The notes under the pieces: generated by a model
What the model was told of the DNA's origin: nothing
The model's input: only the letters and a program-made list of their open reading frames with translations
Database searches by the model: none
Assembly: GCA_973895155.1 (NCBI GenBank)
Contig: OZ316893.1
Location: 3,454,490-3,518,489, forward strand
Source of the DNA: Marsupella aquatica
Taxonomy: Eukaryota > Plantae > Marchantiophyta
Reading direction: 5' to 3'
Length of the DNA: 64,000 bases
In this document: piece by piece, positions 26,632 to 39,491 of the stretch
Layout: each line of letters begins with the position of its first letter
How positions within the stretch are numbered: position 1 is the first letter of the stretch
Made by a program: the position numbers and the translations under genes

Positions 26632-29600
26632 CTACCTTTCCAAGGATCCCATGATTGCAGCGAGAGTATCTTTAGGCAAAGAGAAGGCATTGTCCCCTCC
26701 TGATTTCCCAGCAGGCTGAAGTAAGAAGCCAACATGGATGACATCCTTTGCATGCACCCAACTTGTGGGCGACTTCCGTGTGTATACATAACGGGTAACC
26801 ATTTTTCCTACTTGTTGGTACCATCTGCCCTGTAATACTCTGTCACCAACCTTGAAAGCTACCCCATATGCATCCACAAAACTCTCTTGGCAATCATGTG
26901 CTTCCACCTCACATTGCAGGATATAGAAATCAGCACCAAACAGGTCGTCAGCTGAAGCCTCAACAGCAAAAAATGTACCAACCTCTATGGTGTCAGCTAA
27001 ATCTCCATCTTCCAACTCCCCGGCTCCTAGTCCAACACCCATGCTATGCACAATTGCTGCAACATCTATGGTTGCTTTGGGTGAATGGTTTCAAGCTCCC
27101 ACTTTCCAGCATGCTCCACATTTGGGCAAGCTAAAGTCTCAGCCCCATCGACACAGGCAGGACAGAAGCAACACATCTCTCTCACCTTTAACAGAGTAGG
27201 AACATCTTTACTGAAGCCGCGAAAGCAATGAAGGGATCTGGTTCCTGGAATTGGCTCACAATCCCAAGCTTTTCTCCTATTCACATCTCCCTCCTTGATT
27301 TCCCAATGATGGCGTCGAATCGTCTGAACTTTTCCAGGTCCTGTCTCCTTCCCTAATGCAAATCTGGATCTTAGGAATGTCACAGCATCATGAGCATTCT
27401 GTAGTTTATGACCTCTTGTTGAACTTAAGAGTTGTTCTTTGGCTAGAGCCCTCTTCTGTGTACCACCTTCGCCATCCTAACATACAAATCAGGTATCAGA
27501 TGACATTCGTGGATTCTGATGTCAGCAAGTAACCTTCATCTAGTCAAGAAGCCAGTTCACATCAGAGAAGACTGAATCATCCACAGTGCTGTCACCTACT
27601 AGTCTATTCAAAATCTTGACTCACTCACAGTCACAAAACCACAATTGGAAATCAAGAAGCTGGAAGAAGGTTGGACGGGAGGATGAAATACTCACAACAA
27701 CATTTTTGCCATGACCGCTTCCATGGAAATTCCACTGCATTTCTACTCCGTAAGTATTGTAGTACCTACTTACAAAATAGAATGGCCCTCTGCTCTTAAA
27801 CTGTGCCGCACACCCATCGCTCCACACCCAATGATTGCCAATTGACAAATTTTGATCTTGTACCCACTTGATGTGTTTATCCAAACAATGTTGGACAAAT
27901 AAACTGTCATGCTGGTTATCATCGCTTATGTAGAAGTGATAGTCTCCAATGATGTGGCGATCATCCGGATCTGAGGGGTCAGGTCTGCATTCTCCATCTA
28001 TGTATTCATGATCTTCCTTGTGCCTAAACGTAGCGTGAACCAAGATGCTAATCTGCTTGTTATCCCAATGCATACTTTGCACTTCATCTTGAACCAAAAA
28101 AGTATAGTTCTCACTGAAATCTATAGAAGAAAGCATGGTCCCCTTGGGAAATATTGCTTGAGACCTCTTGTACTGCTCTGCTTGCCATCGAGCACGGAAG
28201 TTGTGTATAACAAACGCAGGCATCTTCAGCTTTACCTTATCCAGAAATTCTGCAAATGGAGTTTCCATGTAGATCATTCTTAACCTCTTTCCTGTTGCCT
28301 CGTCTTCCTCACCAGCCTTCTTCTTAGTAGACTTCTGTTGCAAGTTAACATACTGAAAAGTTTCCCAGACAATAGGCAAGGAGTCGCCTGATTGTAACTC
28401 AGCGTTGCATGTGAGTAAATGTTCCACACCACAATCTTGGCATGCACCCATGATGCATTCCTTCTTGTGCCACGATTTACCTTCTGGTTTAGGACACAAT
28501 ATCTCATCACACCAATCTCTCACCGACTTCACTGTGCATTTCCCAGCTAAACAACCTGCTCCTGGTCCAGTAGTTGATGAGGAGTGACAAATTGCACAAT
28601 CACAACAGCATGTCGTCGTAGGATGTTTGTGAAGTCAAAATTTATTCAAAGCCTCCTTCAACAAATTCATCTCCACGTGTTGTTTACAACAGCAAACATT
28701 CCTGTCTTTGAGGACCCGAATGAAATAGGGCTTCAAGTACTGGAAGGTCCTTAATCCAACAGGCACTTCCTCTCCTTTGTTTTTGCACCATTTTGCGAAG
28801 ATCAAGTAAAAATCGACCTGGCCATCACAAACACGACTACTTTAATTAGTGTAATTACTAGTAAGAAGAGAGGACATCTCTGGCCGAGTGGACAACATGT
28901 TCAGTACCTGAAAATACAATGAGGGCGTAACTATGAGAATTGGAAACCTATAGAGATTGAGTGACACAACGTACCTCAGTTTCCTCTAGCCAATGGACTT
29001 GATGTACCTCATACACCTTCGGACTCAATCTGAGCCTTGCTTGGTCAGATTGGTTTGGTGAAACTCTAGTATTTTCCTCCCAATAAAGCTTCACAGATTC
29101 CCTGATTTCTTGAGAGATTTTGTCTGACCTCGTCTTTCGGACACCCATTGGAAATTTGACTGATTTATCAGCATCAAGTCGTGCTCTGGTGATTGCAGCT
29201 CGATATAAATTTGCCTTTTTGATACCTAGAGCTTTGGCAAGACTAGCTCTTCTCCTGTCTTTCACGATCTTTGAACCTAGCATATTCAGCAATGAACACA
29301 AGATCATAATTAAGTCTACATACAGCAACACATTGAAGTCTAAATACAGCAATGTTCATAACAAATACCATCCACTGAAGCAATAATCTGACTTCAGCAA
29401 CAACATTAAGTAAGAAACATACCAGTCAGCCCAATCAGCACTGATTGCTTGGCTGCAAGATGATCCTTCCTATGTGCCCCTTTTATTACTTGTAGGGCTG
29501 ACTTCAAGTCTTCTTGAAAAACTCGCTTTCATTGAGGCGTCCATCTTAGGGCAACCAGTTTTGGAAGGGTGTAGGTCTTTCAAACCAGGATTATGCCAGA

Positions 29601-30300
29601 ACTTTTGAAGCGCTAACTTCTTGCTTGCTAAGTTGTGAAACTTGGTGCTCTCATGAAATACTTTGAACAAATTGCTTGCTATTGCTTTCACCCTTCTTGC
29701 TCCTCTGTTTGGTTGATCCAAACCTGAGTCCTCACATTCGGGCGTTGCTACGCTCTGTTGCTGTTGCAAGACTTTTTGCTTCCAGTAATATCTTCTAGCC
29801 CTTTCAACATTCCGTGCTCGAATTTGTTCTGAATTGACACTAGTTGGCCGCACATCTACAACTGCAGGTCTATGCCCTTCAATGTTGCTCTCAATCAGAC
29901 GCCATCTCTCTGTGGCAGAAGCTATACAACTATCAATTACTGCTTTAGAGACCTCAGCTGCATCTACAAGGGCCTTGGCCTCCTCCCTCGCTTTCTTTAG
30001 AATGCTTTCGGCTTCTTTTATAGCGTCGTTCTTTCTTTCCTCAATTTCTGCTAAGGCTTCCTTCTTGCTTTCTGCAATTTCATCGAGCAGGCGAGACTTC
30101 TCAACTAAGCGTCTCCTCTTCAAGAAATTCCTATGTTCTCTTTTCTGATTGATAACATCCATCCCGACAGCAAGTGAATGGGAGGTCAAACAAGATCTCA
30201 AAGATCCCGAATAGCCCGAAGCCAAAGCCCTCCCACTTCGCACTAGCTTGCTTCCAGGTACGTAGCTTGTTTGTAGAGGTACCACTGCAGCAGCCTCCAT
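26632..30300 (-). pseudogene. Sola2-like DDD transposase, spliced and disrupted
   Basis: FQYLKPYFI..CCCKQH, DFSENY..QDEVQSMHW, YISDD..HD, SDGCAAQFKS, WNFHGSGHGKNVV|DGEGG; introns 29277-29422, 28818-28974 and 27477-27695; stop at 28635-28637; frameshifts near 29500 and 27075. The true start may lie further upstream. Confidence 0.85.
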
Positions 30301-30878
30301 GCCATCTTGATCAGGTCTCCAGCATCAGGACAACAAACAGGGTGGTCCACACCACCTGCCCGCGGGATTTCTGGTCTTGCCGTCACAAAAATACAACTAC
30401 ACAGACAGGCTGATTCGACCGGCAAAGCAAAGAGCACGACAAGTGGGAAAAGGCCTGGTGTGGTTTGGAGCTCCGAATCCTCCTCTGCAAAGTGATCGAT
30501 CGTTGGCGCCCTCACTCAAGCTTCGGAACAGAACAACATCGCATTTGGGCCGACATTCCTTGTCGACACCCCCAACATCGACCTGACCAACCTCGTCCGA
30601 GTCTTCTTGCCGTTGACAGAGATTCCTCAATCGTGAGCAATCACTGTCACATTTCTCTGCTTCTCGAGAAATTGGCCTCATACTCACGCTCGTACCTTGT
30701 CGATCGATCTTTGTCCAGACCTTCCGCTCTCTCTACGGTCTGGAATGAGCAGTCTGTCGCAATGCAGCGATTTTGCCTTGTCATCCCGCAATGTAGCGAT
30801 TACTGCCGATGAGATTGACAGGGACGTGCACATATGTTTGCTCTATAGAACTGATGTCCCGATTGTAAGTGAGGCAGT

Positions 30879-30982
30879 GAACTCGAAGGTAGACACTCGT
30901 GTGCTCTTGATCAGCAAAGAATATTTTGAGGAATGAACTCGAAGGTAGACACTCGTGTGCTCTTGATCAGCAAAGAATATTT
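30879..30982. repeat. ~50-bp direct duplication upstream of the transposase
   Basis: GAACTCGAAGGTAGACACTCGTGTGCTCTTGATCAGCAAAGAATATTT twice. Confidence 0.85.
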
Positions 30983-31292
30983 CGAGGAATGATGCAAGAC
31001 TCTCCCGCTTTCAAACAACGGGACATTTTCCAAACAGAAGCCTTACTATTTCAAACGAGGCATAAGTTGGCGTCCCCACTACTTTGTCTAATTATTACAC
31101 TACCTGCTAAAGGTCACCTACTTAGTCTCATAATCACAAGTTAATCTCCTCCCTCCATTCCTTTGATTCTTGAGATTTAATCCTAGCCTTTGAGGGTTCC
31201 TTCTTGAGTAAAGTAGTCCTCCCCGGCTCTATAAGTAATTGTGAGGTTGTTAGGTACTTTTTATACCCCTTGTAACTTGCAATAGGCCTGAT

Positions 31293-33960
31293 CACTTGGC
31301 AGCTGCACCAGCTCCCATGTTCTATTGTCACTTAAAGATTGCAACTCCCTCTGCATCGCTGCATTCCATTCATCTTTCTCGTCTGAAATGCACGCCTCAT
31401 GATAAGAAGAAGGTTCTCCTTCTTCCAAGATCAGTGCTCTGTCATCATCATCAGGTGCAATGTCAACATCATCTAACCTTGATGAATCTGTCCATTGTCC
31501 ATACCTTGTAGGAGCTCGAGTAGTACGTCTCGATTTTCTAGCTGATGATTCTGGTTGATCTTGTTCTGTTGGTTGAATTTGAGGTATTCCATCAACAGCC
31601 TGCTCCTCTTGTTCCATTACCGGAACCAGCTCCATTCTTGGAGCACCTCCTTCATTTATGTCATGAAAACTCTCATGACCAATCTCCCCCACAATATGGT
31701 CCAGGATAGGAGATTTACCTTTGTCAGTACGGGAAGCCTGAGCATTCTCCCCCTCCTTTGATGATCTGGATTCATTAAAGGATACATCTCTACTGACAAG
31801 CAACGTACAAGCTTCTGGATCCCAAAGCCTGTAACCTTTCACACCTGGTTGATAACCAAGAAAAAGACACTTCTTGGAAGTAGAATCTAGTTTAGATCGA
31901 TTCTGCTTAGGTGTGAGAGCATATGCATCACTTCCAAAGACTCTCAAAACCTGATAGTCTGCGTGCCGTCCATACCTCATTTCAAACGGCGTCTTGAAAT
32001 TGATTGCACTTGAAGGAGAAAGATTTACCAAATAAGTTGCCGTATTTATAGCTTCAGCCCATAATTCATGCGGTAAACCTGATTGGCTCAACATACTCCT
32101 CGATCGCTCCAATAGTGTTCGGTTTAGCCGCTCACAAACACCATTCTGTTGAGGAGTATAAACTGTCGTGAGATGACGAGTAATCCCTTGTTCTGCACAA
32201 TATAGTTCAAACTCACTTGAACTGTACTCCCCACTGTTATTTGATCGTAGATATCTCACCTTGGATCCAGTCTGATTCTCAATTTGGGCTTTCCACTTCT
32301 TAAAAGTGCCAAAAACTTCAGACTTGGCGTGTAGAAATGTGATCCACACATACCGTGAGTAATCATCAATGAACGTGACATAGTACAATTTTCCAGAAAG
32401 TGAGGGAGTTGGGGCTGGACCCCACACATCACTATGTACATACTCAAGTATAGCTTTGGTATTGTGAGTTCCAACACCAAAGGTTCTCCTGTGCTGCTTC
32501 CCAAGCACACAGTGTTCACAAAAACCTAGCTTAGTAGATTCCAAATTAGAAAGAAGTCATTTCCTGCGAAGTACCGCCAAACCTTTTTCACTCATGTGTC
32601 CCAATCTGCAGTGCCACAACTGAGTCATCTCGCATTGAGATCTAGTTACATTGGCTTCTTCACAAATCACGTTGCCCTCCAATAGGTATAGATTCCTGTG
32701 CCGCTTACCCTTCATGACAACCTTGCCTCCGGTTGACACGTGAAGAATACCATCAGCAGAACTCCACCGACATCCATTTGCTTCCAGCATTCCAAGAGAA
32801 ATCAAGTTCTTTTTCATGTCAGGTATGTGTCTGACATTACTCACTGTTCGCACAGCTCCATCAAACATCCGAATTTTCACGGATCCAATTCCAATAATTT
32901 GACAAGGATGATCATTCCCCATCAACACGGAACCGGTTGATACTGAGTAAGAACTAAAAAACTCTTTCATACAACAAATATGATAGGTACAGGCACAGTC
33001 TAAAATCCATTCATCACCGTTGTTACTTGATGAAATGCAAAGGGCAACATCTGGACTTCACAAGATTTCATCATCAAGCAAGTCAATCATATCAACATCA
33101 GTGGCTACGTTCGCTGATGGTTGATGAGTCTGTTTGACTCGACAGTCTCATTTCATGTGGCCAGGCTTGTTACATTTCCAACATATAATTGGTTTCCTTT
33201 CTAGAGATTTCTCTCTAGACCTGGATCTAGACTTAGACCGAGCCTTCTCCTTGCCTCTATTCCGTGAGGGGTACGTTTGTGAAAAGGATCTGTTTTCACC
33301 AGTCATCCGCTGTTGAGTCCTCCCGCGATTCACATTCAATGCACTGCCAGATGAAGATGGTGTCTGGGCATGACCCAGTTTCTTCTGTGCATCATCTGAC
33401 AACAAAGAGCTTACCACCTCATCATATGAAATGGTTTTGAGATCTCTATACAAGAGAACCTGCTTCAAACCTTGATACGATGGGGGTAAGGAACTAAGAA
33501 GAAGCAATGCCTTATCTTCATCTTCCACTCCCTTGCCAAGATTTGACAAATCTATAGCTAGGCTGTCGAATTCATCCAAGTGATCTCAAAGCTTGCCTCC
33601 TTCTTTTAGCCTCAAGCTCATCAAGAGAGACTTCTGGTACAACCGATCTGAGGCATCCTCTCGGTAGTACTTCTCTCTGAGGGCCTTGAATAAGGATACG
33701 CAATCCTCGTAGTCGTCCAACTTCTTAATGATATGCGGCTTCAGATACAGCATAACCGCATTCACAACAATCACTTGCTCTTGCCTCCATTTCCTCAACG
33801 GGGTCTCCTCCTCACTGCTAGACTCCTCCCGAGTCGATAGTAGATGATCTAGGCCCATAGCACGAAGAATTCCCTTAACCTGCTTCTCCCATAGCAAATA
33901 ATCTGTGCGCCCATCATATTTTTCCACCTCAAACTTGACACCTCCAAACTTGGATGCCAT
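31293..33960 (-). pseudogene. Copia gag, protease, GAG-pre-integrase and integrase
   Basis: FEVEKYDG, LLLLSSLPPSY, CWKCNKPGH, WILDCACTYH, LWHCRLGH, VHSDVWGP, TPQQNGVCERLNRTL; several stops and frameshifts. Confidence 0.95.
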
Positions 33961-34674
33961 CGTTGTCCTCCCAACGTTCTCCACGTGCTATTGCTGTGCT
34001 GCTCCCTATATGCTTTTTCCTTCCTTCCTTCGCGTTGACTCAAATCCAAATCACGAAAAAATGTCATTTTTCGCAACTTTCCAAAAAACTTGAAACTTGT
34101 CACCGCCACTTAGCCCACCAACCTAGCAAGCCAACGCTGAAATCCGAAATCGAAACCGAGTTCTGACGAAAAACTTTTTCACATTTTGGTCGGGGTGGGT
34201 AAAACTCAAAAATTCTCCCCCGTTTTGACCACCTCGGGGAATAAGAAAATATCCAAGTACCACCCGTCGTCGGAAATGGAAATTGAGTGGTGCACCGCGT
34301 TGCTAGCTTCAGTGGCTACATTCTCGCCAAAAAAGATCCAAAAAAGTTACCGTTCGGACCTTAGAATCTTCGGCTAAAGGCCGAAAAACAGCTCTCTATT
34401 TTTTTTGGAATATTCATTGGACTGTGCAACAGGTCTCACAGGGGGCCGTTCCCCCTGTCCAAGCAGTTAATTTGGTGGGTCACCGGGCCCGGGATGCCGC
34501 TTAACCAATGAGGAGCCTGGAAAGGATTAAAAAACCAGGCCTAAGGGGGTTTAAGCCCCTTAACACAAAAATACTGTCTTAAAAAAGGCGCATTCTGCCT
34601 ATACGCGTGACGGGCCAGGCAGTGCACAGGGGGCCGGGGAGTCAAAAACCGAGTCAAAATGGGCAGGGATGGAG

Positions 34675-34810
34675 CTACGACGGCCAGGACGTCCGGGACG
34701 GCCGCGACGGTCGGGATGTCTGGGACGTCCGTGCCGGCTGCGATGTCCGGGATGGCCGCGACGTCCGCGCCGGCCGTGACGTTCGGGACGGCCGCGACGT
34801 CCGGGACGGG
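34675..34810. repeat. GC-rich 9/18-bp tandem repeat in the copia 5' UTR
   Basis: GACGTCCGGGACGGCCGC-type units. Confidence 0.85.
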
Positions 34811-35651
34811 AGTATTAGCGAGGAGGAGGAGGGGGTCGCCAACGGGGTATTGACAGGGGTGCAAGGGTCGGGAGGGTGTGTATACACACCACCAAAAAGG
34901 CCCTATTCTAAGGCAAAATGTGCACAAAAAAATAAATTTGTTGGGTTACTTACACTGCCGTTATCACTTTACACCAGATAAAGACTAGTTGTCGACGGGA
35001 AATGTTACCGAATTGCACCGGCACCGTTTGCAACTCTAGCAAAGTAAAAAATTCCCGTCACGACTCTTTCACTCCGCGTCAAGTATCAATCTTGGACTCA
35101 AAACAACCACTGCACCGCGATCTCTCCGTTGAGCCGTTGCACTTCCCGTTTCTTCCTTTGAGTCGAACGCAACGACAAGAAACCCCGCTTCAGTCAAAAG
35201 AAGACTCCATAGCCAGTCAGAAACTCAGAACGGCTCTTTTGCTTGGTACATCGCACTCACTACACCCTCGATAGCAAACCAGCTACCGAAATGATCAGCT
35301 TTGCCCGATCTACGATTTGAGCTAAAGGTTGTGACGCCTCGCGCACCACAAAGCTCACACCATCGGGAAAACGATCTCAGTTTCCTCCCAAAAGAACCGT
35401 CGAAGAAAACCGTCGAACACGAATCATAAAAAATCCAGAATGACATAAACGTGAATTCCTTCGCACCACAAACTCCGTTCAGAGACTTCTTTGCACCGTC
35501 GGAAAGCCCTTGCCCCGATCTATCCATTGAGCCCAACACCTCCAAGTTCCATGCGATAGAACTCCGTGAAATCCACCAACTCTAACCGCTGGAAAACCGT
35601 CACCAACACGTCACAAAATTTTTGATCACCTCAACGTCACCTCCCAGGCTT

Positions 35652-35663
35652 GCTCTGATACCA
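35652..35663 (-). other. Primer binding site (tRNA-iMet)
   Basis: rc TGGTATCAGAGC, 2 nt from the 5' LTR. Confidence 0.95.
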
Positions 35664-35665
35664 AT

Positions 35666-35997
35666 TGTTGAACTACGACGTCATTCGCAATGACCATACA
35701 ACCATGACTCATTCCATGCACACGTAGTCGACACAATCTCTACGTGGTTCACCTCTTCTCCAAGGCTACGTCCACACGAACACTCAAGCTTTACTTCAAG
35801 AGTAAACAAACACACATGCTCTCCCTCTTCCTCAAGTTGCTCCGTTACAATCAGTAAGCACCACACACCAGCGGCTTACACTAGCCCTGGTATATACAAG
35901 GTCACACACGACTAATCTAACCTCAGCTAAGATCCTAACTGTGGTGAGCCTAAGTGCCGTAACCTATGAGTCACAAGACTAAGAGCAATCCTTAACA
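35666..35997 (-). repeat. Copia 5' LTR
   Basis: TG..CA, 332 bp, adjacent to the PBS. Confidence 0.95.
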
Positions 35998-36666
35998 GCC
36001 TTTCAATATTTGCAAATAAAAAATGACTAGCATAGAGTGCTATGTTAACCGGCAAGAGGACACACGTGGAACGTATTTTGCACACCATGGAAAACCCTAT
36101 AATATAGACTATGGGAATGTGTTAATATATAGGGTCAGCTTATTTTTAAAGGTTTCATTTTCAGCCAAAGTGACCAATGTCCGGTGTGTGAAGGAGAAGA
36201 TGCTCAAAATATTTATTATCCGATTATATTCCTAACCATCAGATATCCATAGATTTAATGATGACGGTTAGATTTTGGCTAATGGGGCCTGTGATTAGGT
36301 GTGACACTGGCTAGTCAGACAGAAAAATACTACAAATTTTTCCAAAAGTGGCCATTGAAGCTTTTTTTGGGGAAGGTGGAATTTGGCCAATTTTTTCCAC
36401 TAAAAAACAAAATTACGGAGTCAACATTTATATGTGCAATTGCCAAAGAACGTTAACCCTCCCTTGCCAAAGTTTTATTGTTGTGCACTTAATATTACAA
36501 TTGGAATAATTTATTCATAGTAATGACTTGTAGTAAGTGATTCCTTTATGTGACCTCAACAAGCCATCTCACAGAATTAACAAAACCAACATTGGTCGTG
36601 CTGGGTTCTTCAGTTTTAGCAAGGTGGTTTTTTGCCGAGTTTCGTGGACCATTTGCATTCCAACAT

Positions 36667-38140
36667 CTTCGGGAGCTGTAGCAACACGCTCAAATCAACA
36701 GACAGATATTCACTCACACCGACTCCCCAACGGACACATCGATGAGCTTCCCTATTGTGCCTGCACCTGCTCAATGGTTTCCTAGGCTAGTGGTGGCACC
36801 ATTTCACGGACTGATGCAGTGGGTTTCTCTATATAGCCTCCCCTTTCTTTTCACATGCCTCAGTTGGGCCTTTTGTCGCTTCTTGATGCGCTTTTGCTTT
36901 TATCGGGTTGTGGCCTGTCATGTCTATGTTGAGAGTGTTGGCATGGGGCAAGCACCTAGCCCCACCACACGTACACTTCTTGCCCCTCCTCCCCCCCTCG
37001 TGATCGCCTTTGTGTTTGCTCTTCTTTGCTAGATCTCTTTCATCTTTGTGATGATCCCATGCCCGATGCTCTACCAGTCCCCCAGTCTACGGCCCACCCC
37101 ATCGTCGCCCTTGCTCCTCTCCCCACCCCATTCCCCCTCCACCCCTCAGGCCTCTTCATCCACATCTGTTCCATCCCCAACTCCCATCCAGTCTTTCCCT
37201 GCTCCCTCCCCCGACGAGCGTCCATTGCATACTTGTCCTGACTGTGGATGGGTTGGCATCTCCTCCCTCATCCTCGCGTGTGGGGCCGGTGCCAATGTCA
37301 TTAGCAAGCATAATCCCAGCCTCACCCCCTCTTGACCCTGTTAGCTCTGCCCCTCCCTCCTTGGAGGCTCCCGAGCATGGAGTTGGGTCCACACTCTAGA
37401 CCCCCTTATAGCCTACCATTCATGGTACATTAGACCTTGCCTTTATAACCACATCCTACTAGCACTGCGCCCATTAGTTTGGTCCTCCTTGTTACAACTC
37501 ATACAACTTATCTTGACGTATCCTATAGAGGTCTCCTATTGGTCTTTACTCATGCTTTTTCCATAGTGGACTCTTACCCTTCCTAGTCATAGTGGTCGTG
37601 TGGGTCATCGTGAGACTGCCTCTCATATCCATCATTTTTTGCGAGGAGATTGGGAGCAGCTTTAGAGAGTACTCTCTTCAAGCCCGTTCATTTACCACCC
37701 GTGCTTTGTCTGACCCAATTTTCCACTCTCATCCTCCAAAGTATAGACACCTTTGTTGCTCTTATCATTTGGCCTAGGCTGGTGAATATTGTTGGGCTGT
37801 CCAAACCCTTTTCTCCTACCACACTAGTCCCCCTGGCAAGGTCACCTTGACAACCCTTTAGGATGTCCATCCACAACCCTAGGATCAGCTCCCTTTGTTT
37901 GTGGAGGATTTTGAGCCTGAGGATGACCTTCTATTTAGTACTCACCACTTCACCTTTGCCTTCCTTTATGCCCAATGTTGCGCGGCTGGTCACCCCTTTG
38001 GCTATGTCTTTGAGTATTTTTGTGATTTATTCTCCCTTGAGGATACTCAGTTTGGTTTTTCAGTTTTCTTATCCTTTTGCCAGTGTATCGCAGCCAGCCG
38101 TTTGCCTCCTCCTGTTTCTTGGCTTTCAAGTGTTTTGCGT
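36667..38140 (+). mobile_element. CRE copy 2, 5' fragment (degenerate)
   Basis: Collinear with 4555-6060 (HTCPDCGWVG, FVEDFEPEDDL, IAASRLPPPVS). Confidence 0.9.
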
Positions 38141-39490
38141 TGTCGTGATAATTCATTTATTCATGATGAAATCACTATCACTAAATATATTATTAAGTAT
38201 ATAAATTAGGTTTATATTTTGTTATAGGGTAACTAAATAGTTTGACTATTACTTATGTGCATGCAAGGTAAGCAATTATGCAAATTACAAGATGCATGCA
38301 CAAATTATTTGGATGCATGTGCAAATTATTTTATTTGCATGCAATAGTCGTGTCATGTGCATGCAAGGTGAGCACAATTTGTTTTACATACATGTAAATT
38401 GTTTTATTTGTATGTATTAATTATTTTATGTGCATGCAAGGTAAGCAAATGCGCATACAACAATTATTTTAGGTGCATGCAAATTGTTTTATTTACATAT
38501 ATTAGTTATTTTATGCGCATGCAAGGTGAGCAAATATGCAAGCCACAAGGTGCATGCATTAGTTGTTTTACTTACATGTATCATTTGTTTTGATTGCAAT
38601 ATTTAGTATTAGCACATATTCTTATGTTGGATGTGTACCACTTGGCTTTCATTCAAGTGTTTGGGCGTAATCTATGCCTTCTTGGATTCAGTATAAATAA
38701 AAGTGGTGAGGGGCACTCTCCTCATTCTCACGTTTTGATAATCTACGCATCAAAACGATCATTTTTTCATCTCTCATCTTTTTATTCTATTCTTTGTCTT
38801 ATGTACATAGTAGTGGGGTGTTCTTTGGCCCGAATAGCAAAGAAATGAGTGGTAGACTTGTAGACGGGACCTTAGGGAATAAAGTATCTTTGGAAACTTA
38901 GGGGTAAGACATCTTTTATTGTGGATAGCCAATGAACAAGAGTCATTATGAATCCAAAAGAGAGAGATATCCTTAATCTTCCCCTTCGTAACCCGTTTTT
39001 GGTTAGAGTCCATCATTTAGACAAGCCATCCATGAGACAACATTTAACCTATCACTTTGGAACTCAATTTGCAGATGATGTTATGAGTTCTAATGAGCCA
39101 ATAGTATATCCAGTAATGTCTTATCAAGATAAGTGGGAGAGCACTATCTTTGTCCTCTATTGAAGTCATGGATCTAAATAGGAGTCTATATGACATTCCT
39201 TTTTTATTTTTTCTTGGAGATATTAGGATCATATGTTGTAAAAAAATTAGTTTCCAAGAGGTGTTGATCCGCAAGTATGGTGAAGTTTAGGGTTTAGGGT
39301 TTAGGGTTTAGGTTCCCTAAGGTGAAACTAATATACTATTAAATATTAGTTTCACCTGAACCTTTCTTAATACCCACTACCCTTCTTACAAGAGTTATCA
39401 TTTTAGTTTTAATGTAGAACTTATGGGCATGCAAGGTTGACTTCATAAGAGCCAACATGCTCTTACCAGAAAACACGGTCACCCGAACAA
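38141..39490 (+). mobile_element. Unclassified insertion in CRE copy 2 with TGCATGCAAGG repeats, a TATA box and an unknown-gene remnant
   Basis: Interrupts CRE collinearity; TG..CA-like ends but no TSD seen; TATAAATAAA at ~38692; coding remnant 38880-39285. Confidence 0.55.
39286..39312 (+). repeat. Interstitial plant telomeric repeat (TTTAGGG)3 + TTTAGG
   Basis: Read directly from the sequence. Confidence 0.9.
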
Positions 39491-39491
39491 T

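Larger units (their letters stand above)
16800..31288 (-). mobile_element. 14.5-kb Sola2-like DNA transposon
   Basis: TIR GGCCTTTTGCAAGTTAGAGGGGGT vs rc GGCCTATTGCAAGTTACAAGGGGT (21/24); 4-bp TSD TGAT (16796-16799, 31289-31292). Removing it restores the copia frame WELVQLPSDQQVVDSKW. Confidence 0.9.
14797..35997 (-). mobile_element. Full-length Ty1/copia LTR retrotransposon interrupted by a DNA transposon
   Basis: 332-bp TG..CA LTRs; TSD GCCTT (14792-14796 and 35998-36002); tRNA-iMet PBS; PPT; gag-PR-INT-RT-RH order. Confidence 0.97.

Noticed and set aside
31134-31331. RPIASYKGYKK as a frameshifted continuation of copia RT
   Set aside because: It is the transposon TIR; the real continuation is at 16795.
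34541-34981. Repetitive ORFs (DVRDGR / SRTSRP)
   Set aside because: Translations of a GC-rich tandem repeat in the copia 5' UTR.
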